A stretch of 64,000 bases of DNA from Guillardia theta CCMP2712 (taxonomy: Eukaryota; Protista; Cryptophyta), in NCBI RefSeq assembly GCF_000315625.1, contig NW_005434629.1, positions 270,409 through 334,408 of the forward strand, read 5' to 3'. The translations under genes and the position numbers were made by a program. Under the pieces are notes generated by a model, which did not search any database, was not told where the DNA came from, and saw only the letters and a list, made by a program, of their open reading frames with translations. Positions 41,213-53,620 of this stretch are shown piece by piece; position 1 is the first letter of the stretch; every line of letters begins with the position of its first letter.

Positions 41213-41976
41213 ATGAGAGCCAAGTTGCATTTTGTTGTCCCACGTAGGAAGCGTGGTGAGAGTAATTTCCAACGCCAAGACCCCATTGGGCTGGACAGGA
41301 GCGCCATACAGAAGCTGTTCCATCTCAGACAGAAAGATGCAGCGGACCACCTGGTATTTCATCAAGTTTGGGCTCGATCTGTCACCTGAAACTTTGATGG
41401 CAGGGTATATCGCTCACTGCATTGAAGAATGCTTGCAGGGCCTTGGGAGTGAATCACTGGCCTTACTCGCGGAAGAGGGAAAACGAGGAAGGACATTCGG
41501 CTGATGCACAGCAGGAGGATGGGGCGGGACCGTCCGGGTCGTCATCTCAGCCCATGAACATCGACCAGAACCACACTGACTCTCATTCGGACGGATCTGA
41601 CTCAGAGCACCACGAGGAGGAGCACGAGGAGGAGGAGGAAGAGGAAGAGGAGCAGGGGCCTGCTATCACCTCTCATCATGTCAGATCGGGAGCTAGCTCC
41701 CTCCCCCTGCCCATGTTAACCCGGCGAGGCGACGAATCCATTCAGATTCAAGCAGGACGAATGCTGTCTGGATCTATGGCCTCGTTGCTGTCCATGAAGA
41801 ATGCTGTTGAAGCGCAGAATGGCTCGTGGATCTGTGGACCTCGACTGCCGGGGCAGGACAAGGATTGGATCAACTGGTTCATGAAGACAACGCCTTTGGA
41901 GGATACCGGTACGCAATTTGATAGAGCTCTAATCATGGTGGAGGATGCGAAGCCGCAAACGGAGCAATCGTCTTAG
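41213..41976 (+). CDS. RWP-RK transcription factor (intron 41354-41403)
   Basis: Spliced LFHLRQKDAADHLGISLTALKNACRALGVNHWPYSRKR matches the RWP-RK domain, followed by an acidic tract. Confidence 0.9.
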
Positions 41977-42236
41977 CTGATCAGTTTTGTACGTTCGATT
42001 TTCTCGGATGTTCAATGGGATCTGTAATGTACAAATAAACTGATTTTGACTTTGTTGGGACTCGAGGAGCTGAATTGCCGAATACGTTGTAGCTCATCGA
42101 CGTAGGAAGCTGTGGGGCTAACAATCAAGTTGTTGAACTTGTCGTGTATGTTGTATGATTGTTGGGTGGTGGAAGCGTGAGAAACGGAGCAAGCAATCGA
42201 TAACCCTATTGATTAGGTTGTGTTGTATTACATTTG

Positions 42237-45200
42237 TCACAACTTTCTTAACCCAAGGAAAGCTTCAGCGTCTTCATCGCCCTGCACTCACTTGAATAGG
42301 AACAGCAAGAGAGACAGAGGGGAAGGGAAGGAGTAAGGGAGAAGAAGAAGGGAAGGTGTGAGGGAGAAGAAGAAGGGAAGGTGTGAGGGAGAAGAAGAAG
42401 GGAAGGAGAGGAGGGGAGGGGAGAGGAAGGACCACCTGGTACGCGATGGCGATACGAGCACGTGACGGGAGTGCAAGGAAGTCAATGTGAGTGAGGCCGG
42501 TGATGTTGCTGAGGAGAAAGAGTAAGGGAACGTGCCGTTGCTGCCTCACCTTGCCTGTTGGTGAACCTGCCCGAGCTGTGTAGCCTCCCCCTCCATGTTG
42601 TTGTATGCTGCAACGAAGATGAGCAGATAGGACTGACAGTCTGCTGTCAACCTGGACTGTGGGGAGATTGTAAGGATCGGCTCTCCGTTGACTTGCACCT
42701 GATGCAGGGAGTAAGAGCAGGCAGAGTAAGAAGCGATGAGAGGAGAAGATGAAAGAAAAGGGGGAGAGCGAGGCAGGAAGGTGGTGGGAAGGGATGGCAG
42801 GAAGAGGAGGAGGAGGAGGAGGATGAGGATGAGGATGAGGATGAGGATGAGGATGAGGAGGAGGAGGAGGAGGAGGAGGAGGAGGAGGATGAGGATGAGG
42901 ATGAGGAGGAGGAGGAGGAGGAGGAGGAGGGAAGGAGAGGAGGGAGGAGAATAAGAGGTGAGGGTGTGTGTGGAGGGCAGATTTAGAACCTTGACAGTGG
43001 GCTTCTTTCGGCTGAAAATCCCCAGCTGCAAAAAGAATCCACGAGTCAAGAACGATACTAAAGAATAAGGAAAGCAATGAATAGAAGAGGAGAGGAGGAG
43101 AGGAGGGGAGAGAAGGAGAAGAGGAGGAGAGGACCTGTATCTCGTACAGTCCAGGTGCATTGCAGATGATGAAAGACTTGTCTTTCTCCCAGACTTGTGT
43201 CGCAAGTACTCTCAGACTTGACTTCGCCTCCTCTTCCTACTCACTGAGGTTTGTTGGGTCGGAGTTTGCAGTCTGAATGTTCCAGGGGATTAGACCACCG
43301 TTCTGAAGTGAATCCAAAATGTCAGCCTGTTGTTGTGTTGTGTTGTGTTGTGTTGTGTTGTGTTGTGTTGTGTTGTGTTGTTATCGTGCGATGTGATGCG
43401 GTACTTTCTATGATTCTGCGCTTGATCTACTTACTTTTGTCTTGAGAGATTTCCATATCCATCGGCCAAGGCAGAGCTGCAGAGGTGCGAGGTCAAGGTC
43501 AATCCCAGTAGTCGCCCAGCTCTTGTCTGACCTCGGTGATGAGGGCTGAGTTGAGCATGACTTGTTCATGCAGCGTCGAAGAGATGTCGGCCATAGATGC
43601 CTGCCAACGCAATGAACAACATCATGTGAACAAACAGCATCATGTGAGCAAATAAATGGCATGTAATCAAAGGATGTCATGGTGAAGTAGAGGCAAAGAG
43701 GAGGTGAAGGCGGTAGAAAGTTCGATTGGTTGTTAAAGATTTCGATGAGTGTAATGGAGGTGGTGTTGATGATGAAAGATTTCAAATAGAATGTCAGATG
43801 GGAAACAGAACAGAAAAAAAAGCGAAGATAGCAATTAAGACGACGATTGCGATTGTGATTGTCATTCTGTATCTTGATTGTGTTTGTGATGCTGATGAAG
43901 ACGAAGACGACGTTTATCGCTAGCAAGAAGCAACCTTGAGACTCAGCTGTCCATTGACATCCAGCAGGGCACGATTGACCTCCGGACGAGGAGTCAGAGG
44001 ATGCGACAGGGCAGGGAGGTTAAACAGCAAGGGAAGAAGATGCAGGCAGCGAGCAAGAACAACATCCACCTCATCTACATCCGCCTTTGAGTCGATCAGC
44101 AAGTTCACTTCCTTGATGTCTGCCTGCAGCAACAGCAACTCAGCGTCCCATGGAGCAAGACGTGCTGCTGACTCACCTTCTTTCGCATGTCTCTCTTCAA
44201 TTCTTCCGTCTCCGTCAGGCACTGGGGGCGCGAGGGTTCAGCGAGCAGCAGGGAGGAGGGAGGGCCCCGAGGTCGAAAACGGCTTGCCTGCTCTATCCTC
44301 CTCATTGTTTCCATCCGGTCTGCTCGCTCTTGAATCTGAAGCCACCCGCGCTATCAGGGAGGGGAACACGTTTGCGGGAGGGCATTGAGAAGTAAGGAGG
44401 GGAAGAAGAAGGGGAAGAAGAAGGGGAAGAAGAAGGGGAAGAAGAAGGGGACGAAGAAGGGGAAGGGGAGAGGAGGAGGAGCTGATTGGACATGAAGGAG
44501 GGCAGGGCAGCAGGTAGGATACCTCCTCATCAAGATTCTTATACTTCTGCTCCATCTCTTTGTGAATCCCATCCATCTGTATCACCGTCACCTCAGTAAC
44601 CAGCGACGTCCCACCATCACCATGGAAACAACTCGCTGTAGAGATTGCTCCTGGATCGCCAGGCTCTCGTCCATGGCGTCGTATCCTACCGGCTATGTCA
44701 TCGTCCAGTCAGCCAGCAGACATTGGACGCACCGATCTTCTTGTCCAGAGCAGATTTGTCCGCCTTGATGCTGATTTCTTTCTCCTGTGCAGAGAAGGAG
44801 AAGGAGAGGAGGAGGAGAGGAGGAGGAGTGGAGGAGGAGAGGAGGAGGAGAGACAAGTAAGCTAGATTTGGAACGATTTGGCTGTTCTTACCAAGTTGTC
44901 AAGTATTCTCCTGTTGAAGGTTTTCAAGTTTTCGATCCTTTCGTCCAACTAGTCAACATGGTCAGGAGGGAGAAGACTTGAGAGTAGTCAAGGGAGCAGG
45001 AAACGAAGAGGAGGAGGTTTGAGGAGACAGACGGGGAGGTCAACAGGGTGGAAGATAGGCACCTCCGATCGGTCGACTTTGTTTGAAAGTGCCTTCAAGA
45101 CATCGTCTCTGATCGAGAGTAAGGGTCCTGAAGTCCAAAAGCGGAGGAGGGGAGGGGAGGGGAAGGAGGGAGAAGTGGAGAGGGAGAGGTATGGGAAGGG

Positions 45201-46113
45201 GAGTAGGAGGACGAAGAATGTGTCGGGAGGAGAGGGAGCGAGTGGAGAGAACAGGGAGAGGAAAGGAGGGGAACGAACTTTCTGGCAGTCTGACTTATGT
45301 ACGAGTCAATCTGAGATCAAGTTAGCTTCAACTTCACATCTTCACTCCTTTCATCACCTCTTGAACTGTATCCATGAGCCGACGCTCGAACTAAAATGTA
45401 CACGTGAGGAGGGGACGAGCGAGAAGCTGGAAGGGAAGAATGCAGGAGAAGAAAGGAGCGGAGATGGGAGAGGGAAGGAAAGGAGAGGATAGAAGAAAGA
45501 GGAGAGAGGAGAAGGGGAGGGAAACAAAAGGCGGAGGGAGGAGGCAGATAGGAAAAGGTAGACCTGGTCGCGTGCAGCTGTGATCTCGGTTTTGATCTTG
45601 AAGCCCAACGAGCTCTGAAAGGTGAAAGTTGAGCAGAGAAACACAAAAATGTACGAGAGTGCTCAAAGTTGTCTTAACACGTCAAGATTCACAGACGTGA
45701 ACACCCAGAAACATGAGCATCTACAAACTTGCACATCTATAGACATGATAATATCTTAATGTGCTAGGGAAGGATCAAGGAACAGACAAATACTCACTTC
45801 TACTTCGTTCATGTCCGCCTTACAATCTGCTCTCATCTTGGAGATCTGATAACAGCAGTTACTGTTCTAGTCCCGTTCATACATACACCACACCTGCTGC
45901 GCGTACTCTGCGTTGTTCTGTGAGATTAAAGTCTGCAAGCACATGGTGAGGAAACAAGAGAAAGCTCGGTAATTTCTCACCTTCATCTCGAGGAGAGACG
46001 TCGAGCTCCCTTGGTGAGTGTTTGTTAGCTGCGAGACTTCCCTTGCCTTGTTGCAACATCATGGTAAGAAGTCATCGGCATGATGGAAATCAAGAACAAG
46101 GTGCTATGACAAC

Positions 46114-46145
<32 letters not shown>

Positions 46146-47457
46146 GGAGGAGGAAAAAGAGAGCGAACGTGATTGGTTTGCGTATTACCAAAGTCTCCAT
46201 CTTCATCTGCAAGTCCGAGGACTGCTTGTGAACACTGTTCAACATATCAAATCTTCTCTCCTCGTCGTGCTCTGACACTCCTCAACCTTGTTTTGCTCGC
46301 GTACATGTCACTGTCTACCGCATCGAGTCTCATCGACAGTTTCGAGATGTTGTCATTGTGCCTGCGATCATCGTAGAGCAAAACTCAGTCACAACCCTCG
46401 AAGTCAACAGCATTACGGTTCACAATCAACAACTCCAGCATCATGGTCAATGCCATCATCTCCTCCTCCTCTTCCTCCTCCTCAGCATCATCATCATTGT
46501 CATCGTCAACAACAACACCGAAATATCAACATCAAGGTCGCTGGAAGATAACACCACGATCTGTATCCCACCTTTCATTCACCTCCCTGATGCCCTGATG
46601 TTCATACCGCAACTCCGTTTGCAACTTCTTCATCTAAAGTGAACAGTCACTTGACCGGATTCCATTGCAGTAACTTTCCTCGTCCATCATGTTGTTGATT
46701 GCCTTGTCAAGGGTCGCATTGTCGACTTTGTTGTACAGGATCTGCAAATCAAAATCGTCACCAACAGCATCATCATCGTTGTAGCAACAACAAGAACAAA
46801 AGCAACTGCTGCTGCTAATAATCTCCATCATCGTCAATGTCTCAAATGACATGTGATCTCAAAGACAATTCCCATCACTGTCATCGTCGTTACGAGTTTG
46901 TTTGCACTACCTGTGCCACGGTACGATGAGGGCCGACAGATCCAAACTTCTCCTCGAAGGGAGAGATGTCCATTTTGCGCAGCAACTGCAAGAACAGAAC
47001 ACAGTAAAGTCTCCCTCACGGTCATATTCCTCGTCACCTGCGAAGTGACTTCATCCCTCAGAGCTCTTCTCTCTATCTCTCGGCTCTGCTCTTCAAGCTT
47101 GCTTGAAAGATCATTAAGATGCTTCTCAACCTGACATCAGAGTCATCGCGACCGAGCCAATCCTGACTTCTCTCGTTGCAACCTGCGATCTGAAACTCTC
47201 GATCTCGTCCCTGTCATTTCAAGTCACCACCCTATACAGTGAAGTATTCCCTTGTGTATGGTATATCACTGTCCTTCCATCGTCTTACCTGTCAGCTTTC
47301 CTGTCCAGTTCAGACGTGACATCGGCAAGGCTTGCTTTTCCCTTGAGGGCAGACTTCTATGCGTTAGAACGTGACACCACGAGCCAAGACAAGCAACCAC
47401 GAACAACACCACTAGCATTGTCCCAACAATCATCGTCGTCGTCGTCATCATTATCAT

Positions 47458-47501
<44 letters not shown>

Positions 47502-48657
47502 TGACAATGCATCTTCGACATCAACATGGCCGTCATCGTACCCATGGCAACTCCACACCAAACATACCTGAACTTCGTCTCGGTCCGGTTTGTTATCAAG
47601 ATCACCCACCAACGCTTTCGTCTGTTCCCATCATCACTATCATCGACAAGAAGTGCTGCAGTAGAAGCAGCACGAACGGACAAAGGAAACATCGCATTGA
47701 TCACGAGCACAACACAGCACAGTCTTCACCTCGAGTGAGTGAGCGATGTCTGAGATGCTTCTGTTTACATCTGCTATGTTTGCTTTCCGTTGAAGAGCTG
47801 CCTGAACTCAACAAGTTATCTATCCCCCCCCTGCCCGTAGTCAGTCCCCCCTCAATCCCCCTTTCCACTGCTCCCTCCCAATGTCCGGATGCCTTCCTAC
47901 TTGTCAACCTCCTCCTTTCCCTCGCACTCCTTCCTTCCTCCTCGCATGCTTGCTGTCCTCTCTTCACCTGCACGTCTGCACTAGAGGCCTTCCCTTCAAG
48001 CTGGCGCTCCAGCGACTTCACAGCGTCGCCCTTGACACCGCAACCAAGTCAGCGAGCGACAAGAAGACATAACAGTCATCAGGCAGACAACATCTCAGCA
48101 AACTTCACCTGAGCCTTGATCACATCATGCAGCGCCTTGAAGGTACTGCGGATAACGTCTTGGATGTTCCTCCACTCATTCATTCCCTGCATGCCATACG
48201 GAGGATCAGGAGGATCAAGGAAGGAGCATGGATGGTGGAGTACGAAGAAGACTGATAGAGAAAATGGCGGAGGAGAACGATAAGGAGAACGAGAACGAGG
48301 AGGGGGGAGGGGAAGGGGGGGGGGGAGGTGTGTGAGTAAGTTTTGGAGTAGGTGTAGAAGCGGGAGGACGAGGAGGACGAGGAGTAGGAGAGGGAGGAAG
48401 AGGAGGAGGAGAATAGGATTGATGAAAAGACGAGGAAAAGAGGAAGGGAGACGGAAATGTCGGAGTTGGAGGTTTGGGGGGTGGGGAGAGGGGGGCAAGG
48501 CACCTGAAGGAGGTCGTCGACCACTAGACTTCCCGCGTCTCGTCGACTTGCTGAGAATGACCTGCACGATGCGATGAGCTATGAGAGCATGCTGCAATGC
48601 CGTCCAGTCGAACCTGTCGGATCGCAGGGGAGACGCATCGTGCGGGGGAGATGACAT
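42237..48657 (-). CDS. Long coiled-coil protein with C-terminal C1q/TNF-like beta domain, many microsatellite-rich introns
   Basis: Exons WRNIQDVIRSTFKALHDVIKAQ, LCLGRWIWKS, GLIPWNIQTAN, PGLYEIQLGIF, VQVNGEPIL, GLTHIDFLALP, AFLGLRKL-TGA. The fold assignment is inference. Confidence 0.7.
43331..43380. repeat. (TGTTG)n intronic microsatellite
   Basis: Read directly. Confidence 0.9.
47447..47501. repeat. (CAT)n intronic microsatellite
   Basis: Read directly. Confidence 0.9.
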
Positions 48658-49161
48658 GGTGTAAGGAACAACGATCGGGTGCCTGTGCAAGGGGAAGGGA
48701 GAAGATGAATATGCGAGCAAGGAGCAAGACGAAAGCTAAGTCAGTTCGTCGTGCAAGAAGTTTCAAGTGCAAATGGAGAGCAGGGAGAGCTGTTATGTAG
48801 CACTTTTCTCCTCACTTTCTGCATGTGGAACATGCTCCCTTTCTCTCTTCCTCTCTGCCCTCCTCTCTGCCCTCCTCTCTCCCATGCTCTGCTCTGCTCC
48901 CTTCCTGCATCTCCTCTCTAATGAAGTTTTCCGCTTGAGTCCACCAGAGCTCTCAACGGTCTCGACTCATTCAGCACACATCACCACCCCACCCCCAAAT
49001 TGAGCCCTTAGAGGCGCCTCAATACAGCAGCGGTTCGTACATGGTACATTTTGCGAAAGGGCACGGGTCATTTTGAGTCCTTGTTGCCGAATCAAAGAGG
49101 GTGGGGTAGAGTTAAATGAGGGGGTACGAGGGGGCCCTTAGAATGACCTGGTTGGTCGTAC

Positions 49162-49187
49162 TGATTTTTAACTTAACTTTGAGTAAA
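49162..49187 (+). repeat. Dispersed motif copy TGATTTTTAACTTAACTTTGAGTAAA
   Basis: 26 bp identical to 19433-19458; both copies are preceded by GACCTGGT. Confidence 0.85.
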
Positions 49188-49697
49188 GAAGGTTGGTCGG
49201 GTTGGTCTGCTGGTTGGTCGCATCGGGATGCAGTGCATGGAGGAAGAGCGAGAGGAGGAGGAGGAGGAGGAGCGAGAAGAGGAGGAGGAGGAGGAGGAGG
49301 AGGAGGATTGATAGGGAGAGGAGGAGTGAGAGGAGGAGTGAGAGGAGGAGTGAGAGGAGGAGGAGCGAGAGGAGGAGGAGGAAGGGAGGGGAGGAAGGAA
49401 GAAAGACGGGAGGGGAACGTAGGAGATGTGAAGGGTGAGGCCGAGGTTGAGAGCGTGTCTGTGACTGCAGCAAGGCTGGAAATGCCTGATTGGCGTTTGA
49501 TTGATAAGGAGTAAGGAGACATTATGATGCTGACGAGTTGAAATACGCGATCTGGTGCAAAAAGCATCCAGCAGGGACTAGAGGAAATCATCGTAATGAT
49601 CGTGATGAACCTGTATTTTTATGATGTCATTGGGAAAAAGGTGAACTGTTTTCAAATCTGACACTCGAATCTCCAGCACCTTGTCGGGGCTCTGCAT

Positions 49698-49743
49698 GTT
49701 GAATGCTGTTATGGCGCGAGTTGAATGCTGTTATGGCGCGAGT
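49698..49743. repeat. 22-bp tandem duplication upstream of selU
   Basis: GTTGAATGCTGTTATGGCGCGA twice. Confidence 0.85.
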
Positions 49744-49786
49744 ATGTTGATGACCGTCTGAAACTCTATCAAAACATCTACTGAGA

Positions 49787-52406
49787 ATGAAGCATTTGCT
49801 GCTTCTGCTCGTCCTTGCTTCGCAGGAAACATGCTGCGGTCTAGCTGCTGATACGCTCTTTGTCTCTACCTCCACATTTTCACCGGGCAGAGCAGGGACA
49901 TTCGAAGTGAAACCTCCCTTGACTGTGCCAGCAAACGCGGCGGCAACATCAGCAGCAACAGAGCATGCAGACGAAGTGAGTGACGCAGAGACGGCAGTAT
50001 GCGAGCATGCAGTGGAGCATGTTCCACTGGCCAACGCTCCTGTGAAGACGAGTGATTGGTTGCGAGGGAACGTCGTCGGGGGCTACTCGGCCATCATTGA
50101 CGTCAGAAGCCCGTCGGAGTACCAGGATGACCACATCCCGGGCTCTATCAACCTCCCGGTGTTGAGCGATGAGCAGCGTCATGAAGTTGGTAGTTTCCTC
50201 AAGTCCTGGCCCCTTGACCTGTGGCTAACGCGTGTCATGCGGCAGGAAAGCTACATCGAGCCGATCACTTCGCCGGTAGGAGGCTGGGAGCTAGCCTCAT
50301 CTCAAACAATATAGCAACGGTGTATACGCAATTGCTGCGCATTCCTTCTTTCCTCTTGTGTCCCTGGCTCTATTTCTTAAGCTTGTCCTCTCTATACCTT
50401 GCCCGCCTCTCACTTAGCCACTGCCTCCTTTGCCGTCCCCTCGCCCCATCATGTCCGTTCTTCCTCACCTCAGCCTCACTTTCTCCTCTCTCACGTTCCT
50501 TCGCTCTCTAATAGACGTTTTCTCTCTGTCCATTGAGAAGTTTGCTTTCTTTAGATCATTCAAAATTACTTCATGGACAAGCCAAAAGTAAGCAGACAGA
50601 GTTTAATCCTGTGCTTCGAAGCTGATTTTTTGCAAGGATTGGAGACCTCTAATCTACTGCTGGCGGGGAGGACAACGCTCGAACAGTCTAGCTTATGTCC
50701 TTGCAATGGTTGTCATTATACATTTCGCACCAGCCTGCCAGTTGATTGCACTACAGATAGGTTACAGAGTCTGCGTGCTTGATAGAGGATATCTGACCTA
50801 TCGGAACCACATTGTAAGTGATGATTCGCTCGAATAATCTCCGAATGACTTTTGTGTGTATCGTTCAGATCTCACAGATTTCATCTTTCTCTGACTGCAT
50901 CAAAGCCAAGGTGATCACGGGTCCAACTGGATGTGGAAAGACCAAGTTGCTTCACTTCCTTTCATCCTGTGGCGAACAAGTGGGGTGTCTTGCTTCAACG
51001 CTTTGCGTCTCACTTGATGTCACTACAGATTCTCGACCTTGAGGGTCTTGCAAACCACAAAGGTGGTTGAGAACTCCCAAGAAAGTTGTGCCAGTATTTT
51101 GAGTATCAATGATGCTACAGGATCGATCCTCGGGGGTATCGACCTTCCTCAGCCCCCCCAGAAGCTCTTCGAGACAAGAGTTGTTCTCCTTTCTCTCCTC
51201 CTTTCTCCTCTCACTGGACGTGCAGATCGCACAGGTGATGCGAACTTTCGACTTCAATCGCACAGTATGGATTGAGGACGAGGCCGCCACGATCGGAAAG
51301 GTTGTCAGTCCTGTCAACTGTGTATTGGTGGCCTGCGTGTTTCCTTGAAGAAATGTTTTCCTTTCTCCTTTTTGTGACTTTGTATACCTAAGACAAGAGT
51401 GCGTTACTCTTGGCACGCGTTGTCTTGTTTTGGAATTTTTGGTTATCTTGTGATTCGATCTCACTGTTCTGTTATCCCTCTCGTTTCATCGTATTCAAGT
51501 TCTCACAATTGTTTATTTTCTTTCTCTGCCAGCTGCATATCCCCAGGAAGCTCTGGGAAGCGATGCTGTCATCTCCGAGATATTTCGTTCGCCTTCCCTT
51601 CAACGAGCGGGTAGGCAACTAGTCGCAGTGCCAGCAAACAGAATAGAGGCTGAGCTCTTGTACTGGTCTAGAGGCAAATTGATCTTTGACACGCCTCAGG
51701 TGAGACATACTCTTTGCGAGTATGACGTATGGACAAGACGACCTGACGAACTCAAGGTCTGTGAGCCTTGTATGCTCCACTCCGAATCCCCCCGGATCTG
51801 CTCCATCTCCTTCTGTCCTTCCCATACCTCCATCTTCTCCTTGCCTCCCTCGACTCTTCTTCTAGCATCCCTCTTGCCCTCTCTCTATTGACCTGCTAAC
51901 GTGAAGATTCATAGAAATCTCTTTCCAAGCTGATTGAATTCCATGGGCGTGCGCGTAAGTAAAAGATACACGTGATCTCTAATACCAGAGGAGAAGCAGG
52001 AAGCGAAGAGAGGGAGTGACGAGGGATCAGCTCTGTCTCGCGATGATGTAACGATCTTCTGCAGGATACGATCGCTGGTGCTCGCTCATCGACTCACAGA
52101 ACTTCGAACTTCTTGTAAGCGCGAGTCCTGTCGCGCCCCTCCCTCCTCTCCTCGTCTGTTCACAAGGAGGACAGTCACCCGCTCCCTTGTCGCAGGTTGC
52201 CGAGCTACTAGAGAAGCACTATGACCCTGCAAACTTGCGGAGCATTCAAGATCGGATCACGAAGAAGCATGTCTTGAATGAAACAGTCCACCTGACCTCT
52301 CTCAACATCGAAGACCTTGTAACTGTTTACCTTCTTACTTACTTTCTCTTCTCATCTCTTCTTCCTGCAGGACAGGGAAGCTCGGGTCCTTCTGAGCCAA
52401 AACTGA
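49787..52406 (+). CDS. selU: tRNA 2-selenouridine/geranyl-2-thiouridine synthase (SelU/MnmH/YbbB) with N-terminal signal peptide
   Basis: Rhodanese IIDVRSPSEYQDDHIPGSINLPVL and YCWRGGQRS, P-loop GPTGCGKT, LDLEGLAxHKGS, QPPQKLFE, VWIEDE, LLEKHYDP. Confidence 0.9.
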
Positions 52407-52767
52407 GTGCTCCTCCACACTCCTACTCACCGAGTCCCATCCCGACCCAACATATTCCTTTCTCCCCGTCGCTGCCGCCTCCTCCTCCCCTCCATCTTCT
52501 TTTCACCTCTCCTTTATTTTTCTTTGTCCTCAACTCCCTTGCTCCATCATAATTTTTCCACGGCACTTCAAAAAACCTCCCTCCCTCCCTCCTCCCTCCC
52601 TCCCTCTTTCTCATCATAGATAATGCTCGTTTGTGTAACTTCTGATGTTTGTGTTGAGCCACACCGAGGGCAAGTCCGTCATTGAAACATGCATTCTCGA
52701 CCTTCTTCCCCAGACGCTGCTAGTCCTGGATGTAACATCAACCAACTTGCACGCACTGATTCAGAGA

Positions 52768-53485
52768 TCACATCTTGAACACGGTCAGGATGATGAAAAC
52801 AACAGCCAGGAACCCTGACACCATCTGCCACAACAAGCGTGAGAAAGCAGCACGAGCAGACATGTCTCAAGTACCCTAGCCCCTGCGAACAGATCAGCTC
52901 GCACTAGTCGAGCTAGACTGAAAGACTTGTCGTGCATTGCCAGGGTCAACTACCGCTGCAAGTCAGACCTCCGGCAACCCAACACAATAGTACGCTAAAT
53001 GAGATGCGCCGATCGTCTCCCCGGCCGCTGATAAAGCACTCGTGCTCGCTACCGACCGGATGATCCTCACTGAAGGCAAGTTCCCTTGCTTTTTCGACTT
53101 CGAACCCGCCATGGCGGGAGTTGAAGACAAGGCCATTCTTCCCAGCTTCCCCTTCCACTGTGACGTTAACCACTGCTCGCCAGAAGTCCACCCCTCCCAT
53201 CATCTTGTGCTCCAGCTCCCTTGCTGACACTCTGCATCGCCTCTGCATGATGCCATGGTTGTAGCTGACGACCCCGCCATTGCTGACGCTGGTAGGCACA
53301 TCGGGCATCGATGGCGTCGGACGGCAGTGCAGAGTAAAGAAACATCGTCAGTGTCTTGCAGAGGAGCTGGAAGGAGATTACAGGTTGAGGATGATGCTGG
53401 TGAAGGAGCAGACAACTGCTAGCATCATCGTTATGCCGATGTCGTCCATCCTCCGGCTAAACAACGGTATCCTCCCCATCGCCAT
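52768..53485 (-). CDS. Hypothetical two-TM protein with Cys-containing loop
   Basis: Spliced TM1 ITMMLAVVCSFTSIILNL, loop ...HPVGSEHECF, TM2 MVSGFLAVVFIILTVFKM*. Confidence 0.55.
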
Positions 53486-53620
53486 TCTCCTTCAGCGCAC
53501 TACCAAATTTGCCACCATCACCTTACAAAGATCTGCCCTCATCTCCACTCATACAGAAGGCTTGAAAGCCCTCATTCAGCCCGCACTGCCGACCCCGCAG
53601 GGTTCCCTGACTGCGGCTCC

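Noticed and set aside
49787-52406. Selenocysteine recoding in or near selU
   Set aside because: The active site is a TGC Cys, and every in-frame TGA falls in a removable intron.
53334-53381. Apparent 48-nt GT-AC intron on the minus strand
   Set aside because: A canonical AG 45 nt further downstream gives an in-frame 93-nt GT-AG intron.
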